A DNA stretch of 24,000 bases, taken from assembly GCF_000485795.1 (NCBI RefSeq), contig NZ_AXZL01000076.1, positions 559,895 through 583,894 of the forward strand, given 5' to 3'. The notes beneath the pieces are model-generated. The model had not been told where the DNA came from. It did no database searches and saw only the letters and a program-made list of their open reading frames with translations. The translations under genes and the position numbers were made by a program. Positions within the stretch are counted from its first letter, which is position 1. Each line of letters begins with the position of its first letter. Shown piece by piece: positions 6,652 through 16,600 of this stretch. This stretch comes from Shewanella decolorationis S12 (GTDB taxonomy: Bacteria; Pseudomonadota; Gammaproteobacteria; Enterobacterales; Shewanellaceae).

Positions 6652-6718
6652 GGTGGGAATTAACAATGGAACAATCGCTGATAAGCCCAGATTGGAACAT
6701 TGCAATATGCCAGTGGTA

Positions 6719-7426
6719 TTACCCCTCAATATCACCAAGGCGAAGCGCAATACGAATCGCCTCTGCTGTGGTCGCTACGCCCAGTTTTATCCGAATATTG
6801 CGTAGATGGTTTTCAATTGTTCTTGTCGAAAGGCCGAGTGCAAGGGCGATATCGCCTTGTCGTTTACCTAATGCAGTCCATGACAGCACTTGCTTTTCAC
6901 GTTTTGAGAGCGTTTGAGTTTGCGGTTCTTGAGCCTCTAATAGACGACGAGCGGCGGCAAAAGCAGCGCTAGACAACAGAGTTAGCTCGAGGCGAGCCTT
7001 GGCGGAGCTGTCGATGGATTTGCCGCCAAGGCTCATTGCGCCCTCTAGGCCAAGGGGACCAAAGAAGGGAATTTGTAAGCCGTGTATACCCGCCCCTTTT
7101 GGTGTTTTAACGATATGATATTCTTCGTCTTTACCATCAATGGCCTTGGTCCAAAAAAAGGGTTGGGCAGTTTCCAAGATATGGTGAGTCACGGGGCACT
7201 GACGGATATAACTGGTAGCATCGACGGTTTTGCCATTGTCAAACCAATCGCCTTCAATCCAATAAATACGCTCTATGATGCCATCGAGACTCGAATAGGC
7301 TGAGAACAGGACAATTCTATCGTAACCATAAAGGTGAGCCCGCTGTCTAAGCCCTTGTTGAATAGCTGAAAAATGGCGACAAGTTTCAAATTCTAATAAC
7401 AAGCGGGTTATATCATCAGCGGGCAT
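6719..7426 (-). CDS. LuxR-family transcriptional regulator (LuxR solo: autoinducer-binding-like N-domain plus C-terminal HTH)
   Basis: The C-terminus LSKREKQVLSWTALGKRQGDIALALGLSTRTIENHLRNIRIKLGV is a canonical LuxR/GerE HTH. The ~160-aa N-domain has the size and layout of an AHL-binding domain. No luxI-like gene is present in the window. Confidence 0.8.
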   Translation of the reverse strand: MPADDITRLLLEFETCRHFSAIQQGLRQRAHLYGYDRIVLFSAYSSLDGIIERIYWIEGDWFDNGKTVDATSYIRQCPVTHHILETAQPFFWTKAIDGKDEEYHIVKTPKGAGIHGLQIPFFGPLGLEGAMSLGGKSIDSSAKARLELTLLSSAAFAAARRLLEAQEPQTQTLSKREKQVLSWTALGKRQGDIALALGLSTRTIENHLRNIRIKLGVATTAEAIRIALRLGDIEG

Positions 7427-7432
7427 CTTGTT

Positions 7433-8299
7433 TTACCCTTTTTCAACAGAATTGAGTAAGACCTTGGCCGCGAGTTGGCCTAGGGAGTTACCAGCCAAAG
7501 GACTATCTCCTGTCAGTAACTTACGATCCTGATGAGCTTGCCCTGAAATCCCTTCATTAAGGATTTCAAACCCAATGGCTTTAAGCTTTTCGCCAAACTT
7601 CCAAGTGAGGTGTCCTGGCATATAACCAATATCTGGTGTTTGGGCATCCATAGCATCAGGGAAAGCAACAATTTGGTAGCCCGCAAACAAAGGGTCATCG
7701 CCAACAGCAAGAAATGCAGCAGGCCCATGGCACAATGAAATGATAAATTTATCTTGCTCCATTGCCCATTTGATTACCGCTTTCATATCTTCACTCTCAG
7801 GCAAACCGATAAGCGCTCCATGGCCACCAGGTATAAATACCCCTATATAATCAGAGTCTTCACTAAGGGCATTTTGTACAACGTCGGCTAATTTAAGCGG
7901 CTGCCTAAAAGATGAGTGATATTTTTGGTATAAACCTTTGACCTCTTCATCCTCCGATGGCATAGCCCACCATTCAAATTTAACGGGATTACCTGACAGG
8001 GTGGCTATATCAAATGAAAAGCCTGCTTTATCAAGATGGTACATAGGAAGTAATGTTTCAACAGGATGATTACCAGTTGAGAAAAACGTCCCATTATCCG
8101 TCAATAAATAGCGCTCATCGGCGCCAACAAGCAGAATTTTCCAGCGCCCGCCTTTGTACGGGTTGGGGTAATCTGCACCACTGAGATCAGATTTCGCTGC
8201 CGTAAATTGACTTAATGAATAAGGTGAAGGGAAAAAAGCATTATCTTCTGCGGGGTCAAGGGTGGGACGCTTATCGTCATGCACTGCCGTCATAGTCAT
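7433..8299 (-). CDS. hchA: Hsp31-type glyoxalase III / protein deglycase (DJ-1/PfpI superfamily)
   Basis: Near-collinear with E. coli HchA as I remember it: [59 protein letters not shown] (nucleophile Cys), [19 protein letters not shown]. Confidence 0.92.
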   Translation of the reverse strand: MTMTAVHDDKRPTLDPAEDNAFFPSPYSLSQFTAAKSDLSGADYPNPYKGGRWKILLVGADERYLLTDNGTFFSTGNHPVETLLPMYHLDKAGFSFDIATLSGNPVKFEWWAMPSEDEEVKGLYQKYHSSFRQPLKLADVVQNALSEDSDYIGVFIPGGHGALIGLPESEDMKAVIKWAMEQDKFIISLCHGPAAFLAVGDDPLFAGYQIVAFPDAMDAQTPDIGYMPGHLTWKFGEKLKAIGFEILNEGISGQAHQDRKLLTGDSPLAGNSLGQLAAKVLLNSVEKG

Positions 8300-8685
8300 T
8301 TCCTCAGCTATGTTAAATTAGGTTTCCATTATAGAGACTGATGTTAAATGCAAAATAAGGGATTTCCCCTAAAAATACAGAATATTTATAACAGTTCATC
8401 CACTTCTATAGCATGTCAGACTAAATCAATAGATTTATTTCCTTATTTTCAACATATCTCTATGTTCATCCTACAATGATTCACTTGAAAAATATTTTAC
8501 TAGCCATATCTTTTAGCTACATTTTTCAGCATCGAATTGTCTGGCATTCGACTAAAAGCTGGAAAATTATTGCGTCCAACTCACGCTATATACTGTGGCG
8601 CATAGCACAGCGTTAACTCAGTATGTTATTGTTTTGGCTTCATTGATTTGATTTTTACGCTTTAACCACTAAGGGTTTACTCCAT

Positions 8686-9174
8686 ATGGAACAAATATTT
8701 GAAAAGCTCATGTATGCATCACGCTGGATTATGGCGCCCATCTACTTGGGGCTCAGCCTAGTGCTATTGGGCTTAGGCATTAAATTCTTCCAAGAAATCT
8801 TCCATATTCTGCCGATCATTTTTGAAATGAGTGAAGTGGATTTAGTGCTGGTCACCCTGTCCTTGATTGATATCACCCTTGTCGGTGGCTTGATTGTGAT
8901 GGTGATGTTTTCTGGCTATGAGAATTTTGTCTCACAGCTAGATGTGGGCGAAGACAGTGAGAAGCTCAGCTGGCTGGGTAAATTAGATTCAGGCTCACTC
9001 AAAAACAAAGTGGCTGCCTCGATTGTGGCGATTTCGTCTATCCACCTGCTAAAAATCTTTATGGATGTGAAGAATATCGATAACGACAAAATCATGTGGT
9101 ACTTGCTGATCCATATCACCTTTGTGTTATCGGCCTTTGCTATGGGCTACTTGGATAAGCTGACACGCAAATAA
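8686..9174 (+). CDS. yqhA: UPF0114 family inner-membrane protein YqhA
   Basis: [17 protein letters not shown]...[16 protein letters not shown]...[16 protein letters not shown]...GYLDKLTR closely parallels E. coli YqhA over its full length of 162 aa. Confidence 0.9.
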   Translation: MEQIFEKLMYASRWIMAPIYLGLSLVLLGLGIKFFQEIFHILPIIFEMSEVDLVLVTLSLIDITLVGGLIVMVMFSGYENFVSQLDVGEDSEKLSWLGKLDSGSLKNKVAASIVAISSIHLLKIFMDVKNIDNDKIMWYLLIHITFVLSAFAMGYLDKLTRK

Positions 9175-9178
9175 TCAA

Positions 9179-9210
9179 TAAAAAAGCCACTGTAATCAGT
9201 GGCTTTTTTA
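9179..9210. terminator. Bidirectional rho-independent terminator between the convergent genes yqhA and the transporter gene
   Basis: A-run, stem gccactg (9186-9192), loop taat, stem cagtggc (9197-9203), then a T6 run. It would work on either strand. Confidence 0.75.
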
Positions 9211-9219
9211 TTCTGTTGC

Positions 9220-10470
9220 TTAAGACTCGCTATCAACCAACTCGACTTGATGGGCCTTTTCGGTTTGATCGACTATGGTCAATACCGCGGTATCGCCAAC
9301 TACGTTGCAGGAGGTCAGCACCATGTCGATGATGCGATCCAGCGCGGCCACAATCGCAAAGGCTTCAATCGGCAGACCCATTTGATGGATTAACACCCCA
9401 ATCATCACCATGCCGCCACCAGGCACACCACCCGCGCCAACAGATAACAAAAAGATACTAAACAGTAGCGATGGCAGTTGCTCGCTGGTGATTGGCATTC
9501 CGAAGGCATTGGCAACAAAGAAAATTGCAATCGTGATATAAATCGCCACACCGCCCATATTCATGGTCGCCCCAAGCGGCACACCAAAGCCTGCGACGGC
9601 GCGATTCACCCCGAGCTTTTCCGTTAGGGTGCGCATGGTTACAGGAATGGTGGCATTAGAGCTAGCGGTAGACAGGGAAAACAGTACTTGCTCTTGGGTT
9701 TTCTCGCGAAAGCGCTTGGCCGAAATCGGTGTGAAGAACCCCACCGCCAGCGGATAGACCACAAAAATCCACAGTAATAACAGCGCCAGAATGATCACGA
9801 CATATTCGAGCACACTCATAAATACCGCCGCATCTAAGGTGGCGCCTAACTTAAACATCAGCGCAAACACCCCATAAGGCGCAAGGCTCATCACCACAGA
9901 AATCAGTTTCATCATGATTTTATTGGCGGTTTGAAAACCTTGTACCGCGCCAGCTACATGCTCGCCGAGGGATTTAATCACCCCGCCCAGCATCAGTGCC
10001 ATAAAGATCACTTGCAGCATATTGCCCGACATAAAAGCCGCCACCGGGTTACGAGGCACTATATCAATTAGCAGCGCCATTAAGCTGGGGAGTTCGGTCG
10101 CGGTAATGGCCACACCATCTGTGCTGCTCATATCGACGCCTTTACCTGGGTCGAGCAGTAATACGACTAATAGGGCGGTAGAGATAGCGACCAGGGTATT
10201 AACGATGTAAAAGCCGAAGGTTTTGCCGCCAAGGCGGCCAAAGCTTTTTAAGTCCTGCAGCTCACATACGCCGCAAACGATACTGACAAATACCAGAGGC
10301 ACGACCAACATCATGATCATATTGACGAACATAGTGCCGACGCCGCCAGCCAGTTCGACTAAATTGCCAGAAAAGAAGCCAATATCGTTTAGAAAATATT
10401 GCACTAAGGTGCCAAGAATAAGTCCCGCAAACAGACCGATAAAGATCCGTGTCGAAAGTGATTTAATCAT
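9220..10470 (-). CDS. Dicarboxylate/amino-acid:cation symporter (DAACS/SDF) family transporter
   Basis: 416-aa polytopic protein with the family blocks SSNATIPVTMRT and VPLGATMNMGGVAIY. Substrate cannot be assigned from the sequence alone. Confidence 0.85.
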   Translation of the reverse strand: MIKSLSTRIFIGLFAGLILGTLVQYFLNDIGFFSGNLVELAGGVGTMFVNMIMMLVVPLVFVSIVCGVCELQDLKSFGRLGGKTFGFYIVNTLVAISTALLVVLLLDPGKGVDMSSTDGVAITATELPSLMALLIDIVPRNPVAAFMSGNMLQVIFMALMLGGVIKSLGEHVAGAVQGFQTANKIMMKLISVVMSLAPYGVFALMFKLGATLDAAVFMSVLEYVVIILALLLLWIFVVYPLAVGFFTPISAKRFREKTQEQVLFSLSTASSNATIPVTMRTLTEKLGVNRAVAGFGVPLGATMNMGGVAIYITIAIFFVANAFGMPITSEQLPSLLFSIFLLSVGAGGVPGGGMVMIGVLIHQMGLPIEAFAIVAALDRIIDMVLTSCNVVGDTAVLTIVDQTEKAHQVELVDSES

Positions 10471-10860
10471 GCTTATGGTTTCCCCAAGTAGCTCATCTTT
10501 TATTCTTCATCTTCCTTGATGAGCAAAATCGCCATTCCCTTTTCGCTTCAGGCGGGGATAGTGAAACATGCTGGCAGTAAATTCAATGAATAAATTTACT
10601 TATTTCATTTTCAATTAAGCCAAACCCATCACAAAAATTTTGTATTTAACTGATTTTTATTAAAAATAAAATTATCGATTAATAATCACCCAGTTAAATC
10701 ACAAGTTGAAAAATCAAAATTTAAACAGTATTTAAACCAAATAAACACAATTAATCGATTAAGCCTGAATAAAGCTAGATTTAAAATCCAAATAAACATT
10801 TTAATTAGAATTAAAAACTACAAATCGTGATATTTACAGAGAGATGGGGAAGGATAACGA

Positions 10861-11733
10861 CTAACAATATGCCAGTAGCACTAGCTCGAGCCGATGCGCC
10901 AGCAGGTGCTGCTGTTTAATGCTAATACGTTGCTGAGTTAACCAAAGGCTTAATGGCCGCCAATTTTTTAAATCGGCTGACTGTAAATATTTAGCCTGAG
11001 GCGCTTGCTTGGCAAAGTCATCAGCGGAATTAATTTGTGGGATAGCGAGTAACTCGTTGGGCGCAAAAAGCGCTAACTGCGGCACAATACAATGGGTCAT
11101 GCCCGTTAAGGTATGGGCAATTTGCAACCCTGCGGGGTCAAGATCGGTAAAGGCAATAATCGGCATTTTACCTACCATCGCCTGTAAAAACTGTCGCACA
11201 CCAATGGGTGAATGGTGGCCGCTACCACGGTAAATCACCATAACGCGGCTAAGTTCGGCAGGTAGGCGCGCTTGAGTGATGGCATCGAATATATCTAGGT
11301 TTTCAACCACTAAGATGGCGTTAACATTAAGATCATGGCAAAGCTGCTCTGCTTCATCTAAGGGGATACGTAACGAAGAACGCGCAGACATCCCCACGGG
11401 AGATGACTCAAACCCGAGATACTTCAACAAAACATACTCGGCTTCGGGGCGAATACTCGCCAGCTTTTCATTCTGGCTTTGGGCGGACATGGCAATACGG
11501 TCTAGATTAAAATCCAGCGCCTGTAAATCGACGCCCTCTTTTGCCAACACGCCCTGGCGCAGCAACTCAAAATCCCGCGGCGCAAAACACAAATATTTTT
11601 CTGCACCATCCAGCTCGCCCACTTCTAACTCGCGGTAAATCGTTCGCCAATTCGGGGTGAGTTTCACCCTTGGAGAGCGGTTAAGATAAACGCCCTCCAA
11701 GAGTTGCAACTGCTGCCGACCTAGGCGAGCCAT
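10861..11733 (-). CDS. JetD/MksG-like Toprim-domain protein (DUF2220-like), short form of 290 aa
   Basis: AILVVENLDIFDAI (E144), then VMVIYRGSGHH, then IIAFTDLDPAGLQIA (D197, D199). This reproduces the E...DxD Toprim signature and spacing I associate with the Wadjet JetD C-terminal domain. It is the last gene of the operon and overlaps the upstream gene by 13 nt. Confidence 0.6.
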   Translation of the reverse strand: MARLGRQQLQLLEGVYLNRSPRVKLTPNWRTIYRELEVGELDGAEKYLCFAPRDFELLRQGVLAKEGVDLQALDFNLDRIAMSAQSQNEKLASIRPEAEYVLLKYLGFESSPVGMSARSSLRIPLDEAEQLCHDLNVNAILVVENLDIFDAITQARLPAELSRVMVIYRGSGHHSPIGVRQFLQAMVGKMPIIAFTDLDPAGLQIAHTLTGMTHCIVPQLALFAPNELLAIPQINSADDFAKQAPQAKYLQSADLKNWRPLSLWLTQQRISIKQQHLLAHRLELVLLAYC

Positions 11734-12944
11734 AATTCCACATCACGGATAATAAAGTTACCGCTGTAGATCGGATGGGGTTCGCCTAAGGGTTCTAACT
11801 CGAAATAGGCTTTATGCTCATCGGGTAAGCCGTCGTAGCCGCCAATCACTTGATAAATCCAGCTTTCAGCATCCCATGGCAGGGCTTTTTCGGCTAAGTA
11901 GTCGAGCGCCGACTGACGTAAGCCAGACTCAATCACATCAACAAAATAGGCATCTACGGCTTGCTTGAGTGGATTATCAGGAATATCAAAGTCTTCACTC
12001 TGAGTAAGCGACACGCTCACATCCTGCTCACGCACTGTTTCTATCACGCCCTGACGGCTAATCGCCTTGATATGGGCGACGATGTTCATCAGCTCAAACT
12101 CTTGGCTGGCGTTATGCACATCCACAGACGCTGGGGCCAACAGCACTTCGGCGCGATTGAAAAGGCTTGGGATTTCCTTGTGCGACACATGGTCTGCAGG
12201 GCGATAATCAGGATGCAAATCTGTGTACAGTAACCAGCCCTTAAGCAAGCGAGTACGACCACGAATTTGCCTAAAGCGCCCGAGAAGTTCCAGCAACCTA
12301 CCCTGCACCACACTGAGTTCCTGGGCGCAGTCGCTCATGGTCTCCTGCAAGGTCGTGACCAGCAACTTACGCAACTCACGGATATCACCGGCGATTTCAC
12401 CTAATTCGCTAAACTGGAACATCTCCAAACCATTGAGCAATTCAGACACTTGGCTCTGGGCGAGTTCGTTTTCACGGATCTTAGCGTTAATGGTGCCGAC
12501 ATAACCGAACTCGTTGTTGATCCGCCCCCACAACACGCGGATGGAGTAGCGCAAACTGTCGGCAAAGCTATACACATGCTCACTTAAATCAGACAGATAC
12601 GCCTCGGCGGCGCTGTAGTCTGAGCTGTGGCGCGCCTCTTTATAGTGGTCGGCCAAGGTCTTAATGGTGGCGAGCGCCGAGCCGACGTTGGAGTCGATTT
12701 GGCGATTGCGCTCATCACTTAAGCCCTCTTCGAGCAAGGCACGCACCGAGCGTTTAAGGCGCAGCTCTTGGTCTGGCTCTGGGCGCCATAAAATCCCCGC
12801 CTGCTTGAGTTTTTCAACCACGGCGGGATCATGGCTCTCTTCCTTGAGCGAACCGGCCAGATAGGCATCCATAATGATGTCAGCATGGCGACCTAACTGT
12901 TTGAGCAGCTTCACCCCAGCCTGATGTAAGTTACTGCTCATCAC
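11721..12944 (-). CDS. Putative kleisin-like subunit (MksF/JetA-analogous), 407 aa
   Basis: Assignment rests only on position between the KITE-like and Toprim genes, on size, and on predicted helical character. No diagnostic motif was seen. A strong SD (ccAAGGAGGccgtgATG) precedes the start. Confidence 0.35.
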   Translation of the reverse strand: MMSSNLHQAGVKLLKQLGRHADIIMDAYLAGSLKEESHDPAVVEKLKQAGILWRPEPDQELRLKRSVRALLEEGLSDERNRQIDSNVGSALATIKTLADHYKEARHSSDYSAAEAYLSDLSEHVYSFADSLRYSIRVLWGRINNEFGYVGTINAKIRENELAQSQVSELLNGLEMFQFSELGEIAGDIRELRKLLVTTLQETMSDCAQELSVVQGRLLELLGRFRQIRGRTRLLKGWLLYTDLHPDYRPADHVSHKEIPSLFNRAEVLLAPASVDVHNASQEFELMNIVAHIKAISRQGVIETVREQDVSVSLTQSEDFDIPDNPLKQAVDAYFVDVIESGLRQSALDYLAEKALPWDAESWIYQVIGGYDGLPDEHKAYFELEPLGEPHPIYSGNFIIRDVELWLA

Positions 12945-12983
12945 GGCCTCCTTGGTTGATGCTATGCGTTATTGTCCAAGGCA

Positions 12984-13646
12984 TCATAGTAAATCCCGCT
13001 GCGTCGCCGTTTCCGCCTGCGCTTCAAGGCTTAGGCCTTCGGTCTCGTCGATAAAGCGGATCACTTCGTACAGGTAATCCAGCTTGCCGGTGGCGATATA
13101 AATTTGTTTTTCAACGTTAGGGCGCACCAGATAACCAAGCTCCACTAAGCGTTTGAACACTAACTTAATTTGCGCATCACTATTGGTACTGGTTGAGCCG
13201 AATAAGCGGTATTGGCTGAGTTTGGCCAACTGCTCACGAAACGCGGGCGTATCTTCAATTCGGCTTTGCAGCTCTGTTAATCGCACTGGCGCGCCTTCGC
13301 TTAAGGGAGCATCTTGGCCGCTGGCTTCCTGCACTAATACCAGCCACTCCACCATGGGGATAAGTGCCTGACAAATATCCTTAAACTGCGATGAAATCAC
13401 CTTGCGCTCGCTCTCGCCTAACTGCAAATAACCGCAGAAAAACACATCCCCCTCGGCGGCCGAAGCCACGGTGCGATTGATTTGATTAAGATAAGCCTCG
13501 ACCCGCTCGCGGGTACTGTGATTTTTTAATGCGCGCCAGCCATCTTCATTGGTGGTGCGGCAAATAAACTCACCTTTTAGCAAGAGTTCGATAATGGCGC
13601 CCGTGCCGACTAATACGGTTTGGTTTGACTCATTCATGGCACTCAT
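12984..13646 (-). CDS. MksE/JetB-like (KITE-type) subunit, 220 aa
   Basis: The N-terminal pattern IIELLLKGEFICRTTNEDGWRALKNHSTRERVEAYLNQI...AAEGDVFFCGYL resembles the LLKG-x-hh...W..L....V..Y...G.aF pattern I recall for DUF4194/MksE proteins. Its ATG shares one base with the stop of the SMC-like gene (TAATG). Confidence 0.5.
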   Translation of the reverse strand: MSAMNESNQTVLVGTGAIIELLLKGEFICRTTNEDGWRALKNHSTRERVEAYLNQINRTVASAAEGDVFFCGYLQLGESERKVISSQFKDICQALIPMVEWLVLVQEASGQDAPLSEGAPVRLTELQSRIEDTPAFREQLAKLSQYRLFGSTSTNSDAQIKLVFKRLVELGYLVRPNVEKQIYIATGKLDYLYEVIRFIDETEGLSLEAQAETATQRDLL

Positions 13647-16600
13647 TAGATGGCCTCCTTGCTCAGGCGTTTACTCAACAAATCGGCAATCGGATTGGCT
13701 TTGGGCTTCACCACCTGCAACTTCTTGGTTTGTTTATTAATAATGTAACGGTTCTCGAACAGGTTCAGCACTTCTGACTCTGGGTTCGGGAAGGCGCCTA
13801 ACACGCTGATATTGTTGTTACCACAGGCATCGAAAATCTTCTTCACGTTGGTATGGTGCAGCGTACCCAGCTCGTCGATCGGCCAGTGAATGGTCACATC
13901 GGCACGGCCACGTAGCAAGCGCGTGAATGCCAACAGGAACTTACATAAAATCAGGTAAGCCATACCGTGGCTCGAGGATTCGTTCAGCTGTCTGTCGGTG
14001 CGGATAATCAGGTCGCTATTGCCCTCTTTGAGGCGCAACTCGATTTCCAGCAACTTAGCAATACCGCCGGTTAAGGCCGCGCGGCCAATAATGTCTAAGG
14101 CGCGGCGCATACTGTTGGTGTATTCCTCATCGGGCAGACCATTAAAGCCGTCGGCCTTCCATTGTTTGAAGGCTTTAACGAATTGCTCAAGCTCAGGCCA
14201 AAACTCTAATTCGCTGATCTTAGAGCGAATGCGGACCGCAGATTCCGATACGCCATCGAGGAATAACTCTTCGCCCACTTCGCGGGTAATACGCGCACTC
14301 TGGGAGGCGATTCGACGATCGATATCGGCAAGTACATCGTAGAAGGCGGTTAAATCGACCCCGAAGATCCGTCCCTGTTCACGCAGCGCCATAATCGATT
14401 GCGGCACCATCACATTGAGTAACTGTTCTAGCTGCGGCACAAGCTTGCGGTAATCCAACAGGCGAATACCTTTGTCGTTGATAAAGCTCGACTCTTCACG
14501 GGCGCGCTCCCAAGTCTCGGCTAAACCTGAGCCTGACTTGCTGGCAATCACAGAGTCGAAATGCTCCACATATTGCTTAACCGAGCCCATCAAATAATCG
14601 CGTTTTAGCAGTAAATCTTCGCCCTGACGCAGGCGCTCACCAAGGCTACCCTGGGCCTCTTCATTGTTGGCGGGCAATTTCAGCTCGGCCAACTTACGCA
14701 TCACGGCGCGCAGTTTAGTTAAGTTTTCAGAGGCTTCAATCTGCGCCGCATCCGAGGCCTTACGCTCGGTCTCGAGTTGTTGGCGGCGGGTCTTCACTTC
14801 TTGAGTCTTGGCTTTAAGCTGCTGATCGATTTCCGAGGCGGCGCGTTTCACGTCGCTTAACTGGGTTTGCAGCTTGGGCTTACGGATAAGCCAAGTGTGT
14901 TGATACCAATCGTCGAAGCGCAATACTTCGCTGCGACGCTGCTCGGCGCGGCTGATTTTGGTTTCAAGCTCACGGATTTGTTGCTTGAGTTTAAGGATAT
15001 TGTCCTCATCCACACCACGGGATTTAAGCTCGTTTTTGTACCAGGTTTCACAGGCTTTTTGCTCGGCCTTAGCGCTTTCGCGGCGGGCGTCGATAGTCGC
15101 CTTGATTTGCCCGAGTTGATTGTCGAGCGCGCCAATGACTTCCTGCCAGTAGGCTTGTTTTTCCATCCGCGCTTCGAGCGCCTGCTCCTTTTGCTCTTCG
15201 AGCCAGAGCTGATGCTGATGCTTAAGCTGCTTTAGCTCGCCATCGAGCTGAGTTAAGCGCTGCTGGGCAAAGGCTTTACGCTCGGCCAGCGCCTTGTTGA
15301 TCTTGTCCTGCTCACTGCGTTTTTCATCGAACAGACGACGTAAATCATCGCGGCTATTTTTGTAAGCCGTGCGGGCAAAGGTGAGTTCACGACTGAGTTT
15401 ATCCAGCTCAACGTTAATCGCCACCAGCAGAGATTCGGCCTCGGCCTGTAATTCCTGCGCGCTTTGCAGAGCCTCTTCGGCCTTGCTTAAACGAATACGC
15501 AGTTCCTGCTCTGAGGCGGCATATTCAGGCACATCGATGGCTTTAAGATCTAAATGCACCCCAAACACAGTGTCGCTCTCGCCCGTGACCGTTGGGTGTA
15601 AATCGGTGCGGTGCAACAACTCGGGGGCAATCACTTTACCCAGACTCTGCTCCCAACCTTGGGCTTCCTTACGCAGGAATTCGAGCAAGGTATGGGACTG
15701 CGGGAACAGCATATGGTGCAGTTCATCGAGCGCGGTTTGGCGCTCGTTAACCCGCAGGCTGGCGATACGCAGCGCTTCGTTAGCTTGGTCGCGTTTGGCG
15801 CGCAGCTTACGCTCATCGCTAGTTAAGCGTTCCACCTTAGCGTTACAGCTTTCTTGCTCTTCGTCGGCGCGGTGAATCCGCTCGTCGAAAATCGCAAGGC
15901 TTAACTTTTCTTCCTCGGTGTAGGTCACACCATCGACACGTAATTTAAGCTCGGCGGCATTGAGTTTGAATTGATATTCCTGCTCGCTAAAGCTTGCCTT
16001 GCCCGCATCCATTTGGCTGCGCCATTGGGCTTCGAGGGCATCGAGATCGGCTCTTGCCACTTCACGCTGTTTGTCGCGCGCTTCGCGTTGCTTGTCTTGG
16101 TCCGCGTGTAAGCCTTCGAGCTCGCGGTTTAACTGCTCGCCAATTTTGCTGCGGCGGGCATTGTAAGCCGCTTCAATATCTTGGTGTTTTTCGGTTTGTA
16201 ACTTATGGCGCTCGCTTAAGTTTTCCATGTCCGCGCGCCAGTTTGGCAGCATGTCCAAGTCAGCCTTAGCTTGCTCAATATTGGCATCTAAAAAGGCGCC
16301 GTGCTGATCTTCAATGGCATCTAACTCATACTCGCACTTAGCCACATCGCCCTTGGCGGCGGATAGGTCGAGGTTTAACTCATCACGCACTTCTTTCCAT
16401 TCGTCATCCAACATTCGAAGCTTTAAATTCAGCTCCTTAGACAAGGTTTGTTGGATCTCTAACCGATCGGCCTCTAAGGTTTCGTCATTGCGATAGCCAC
16501 GGGACAGGCTCGAGAGACGCATCTCGGCGCTGAGCAGTTGGTTAAATTCCTGCTCGAGCTTTTCAAACTCGGGACGAATGACTTCAAAGCCTTGGATTAA

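Noticed and set aside
6555-6972. Track ORFs 6555..6917 (+) and 6700..6972 (+), and the long 218-aa version of the membrane protein starting at 6643
   Set aside because: The + strand ORFs are antisense to the LuxR-family gene and the intergenic region. The 6643 start lacks an SD and would cover the palindrome. The ATG at 6556 has a consensus AGGAGG 7 nt upstream.
8310-8349. Direct repeat atgttaaat (8310-8318 and 8341-8349) just upstream of hchA
   Set aside because: It is a 9-mer in a very AT-rich promoter region and is plausible by chance. There is no dyad symmetry or further copies to support a binding site.
2557-9203. The fbp terminator (2557-2574) and the yqhA/transporter terminator (9186-9203) share the identical stem gccactg/cagtggc
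   Set aside because: It is a 7-bp match between two otherwise ordinary intrinsic terminators with different loops. It is probably coincidence or a common terminator motif, and there is no extended similarity.
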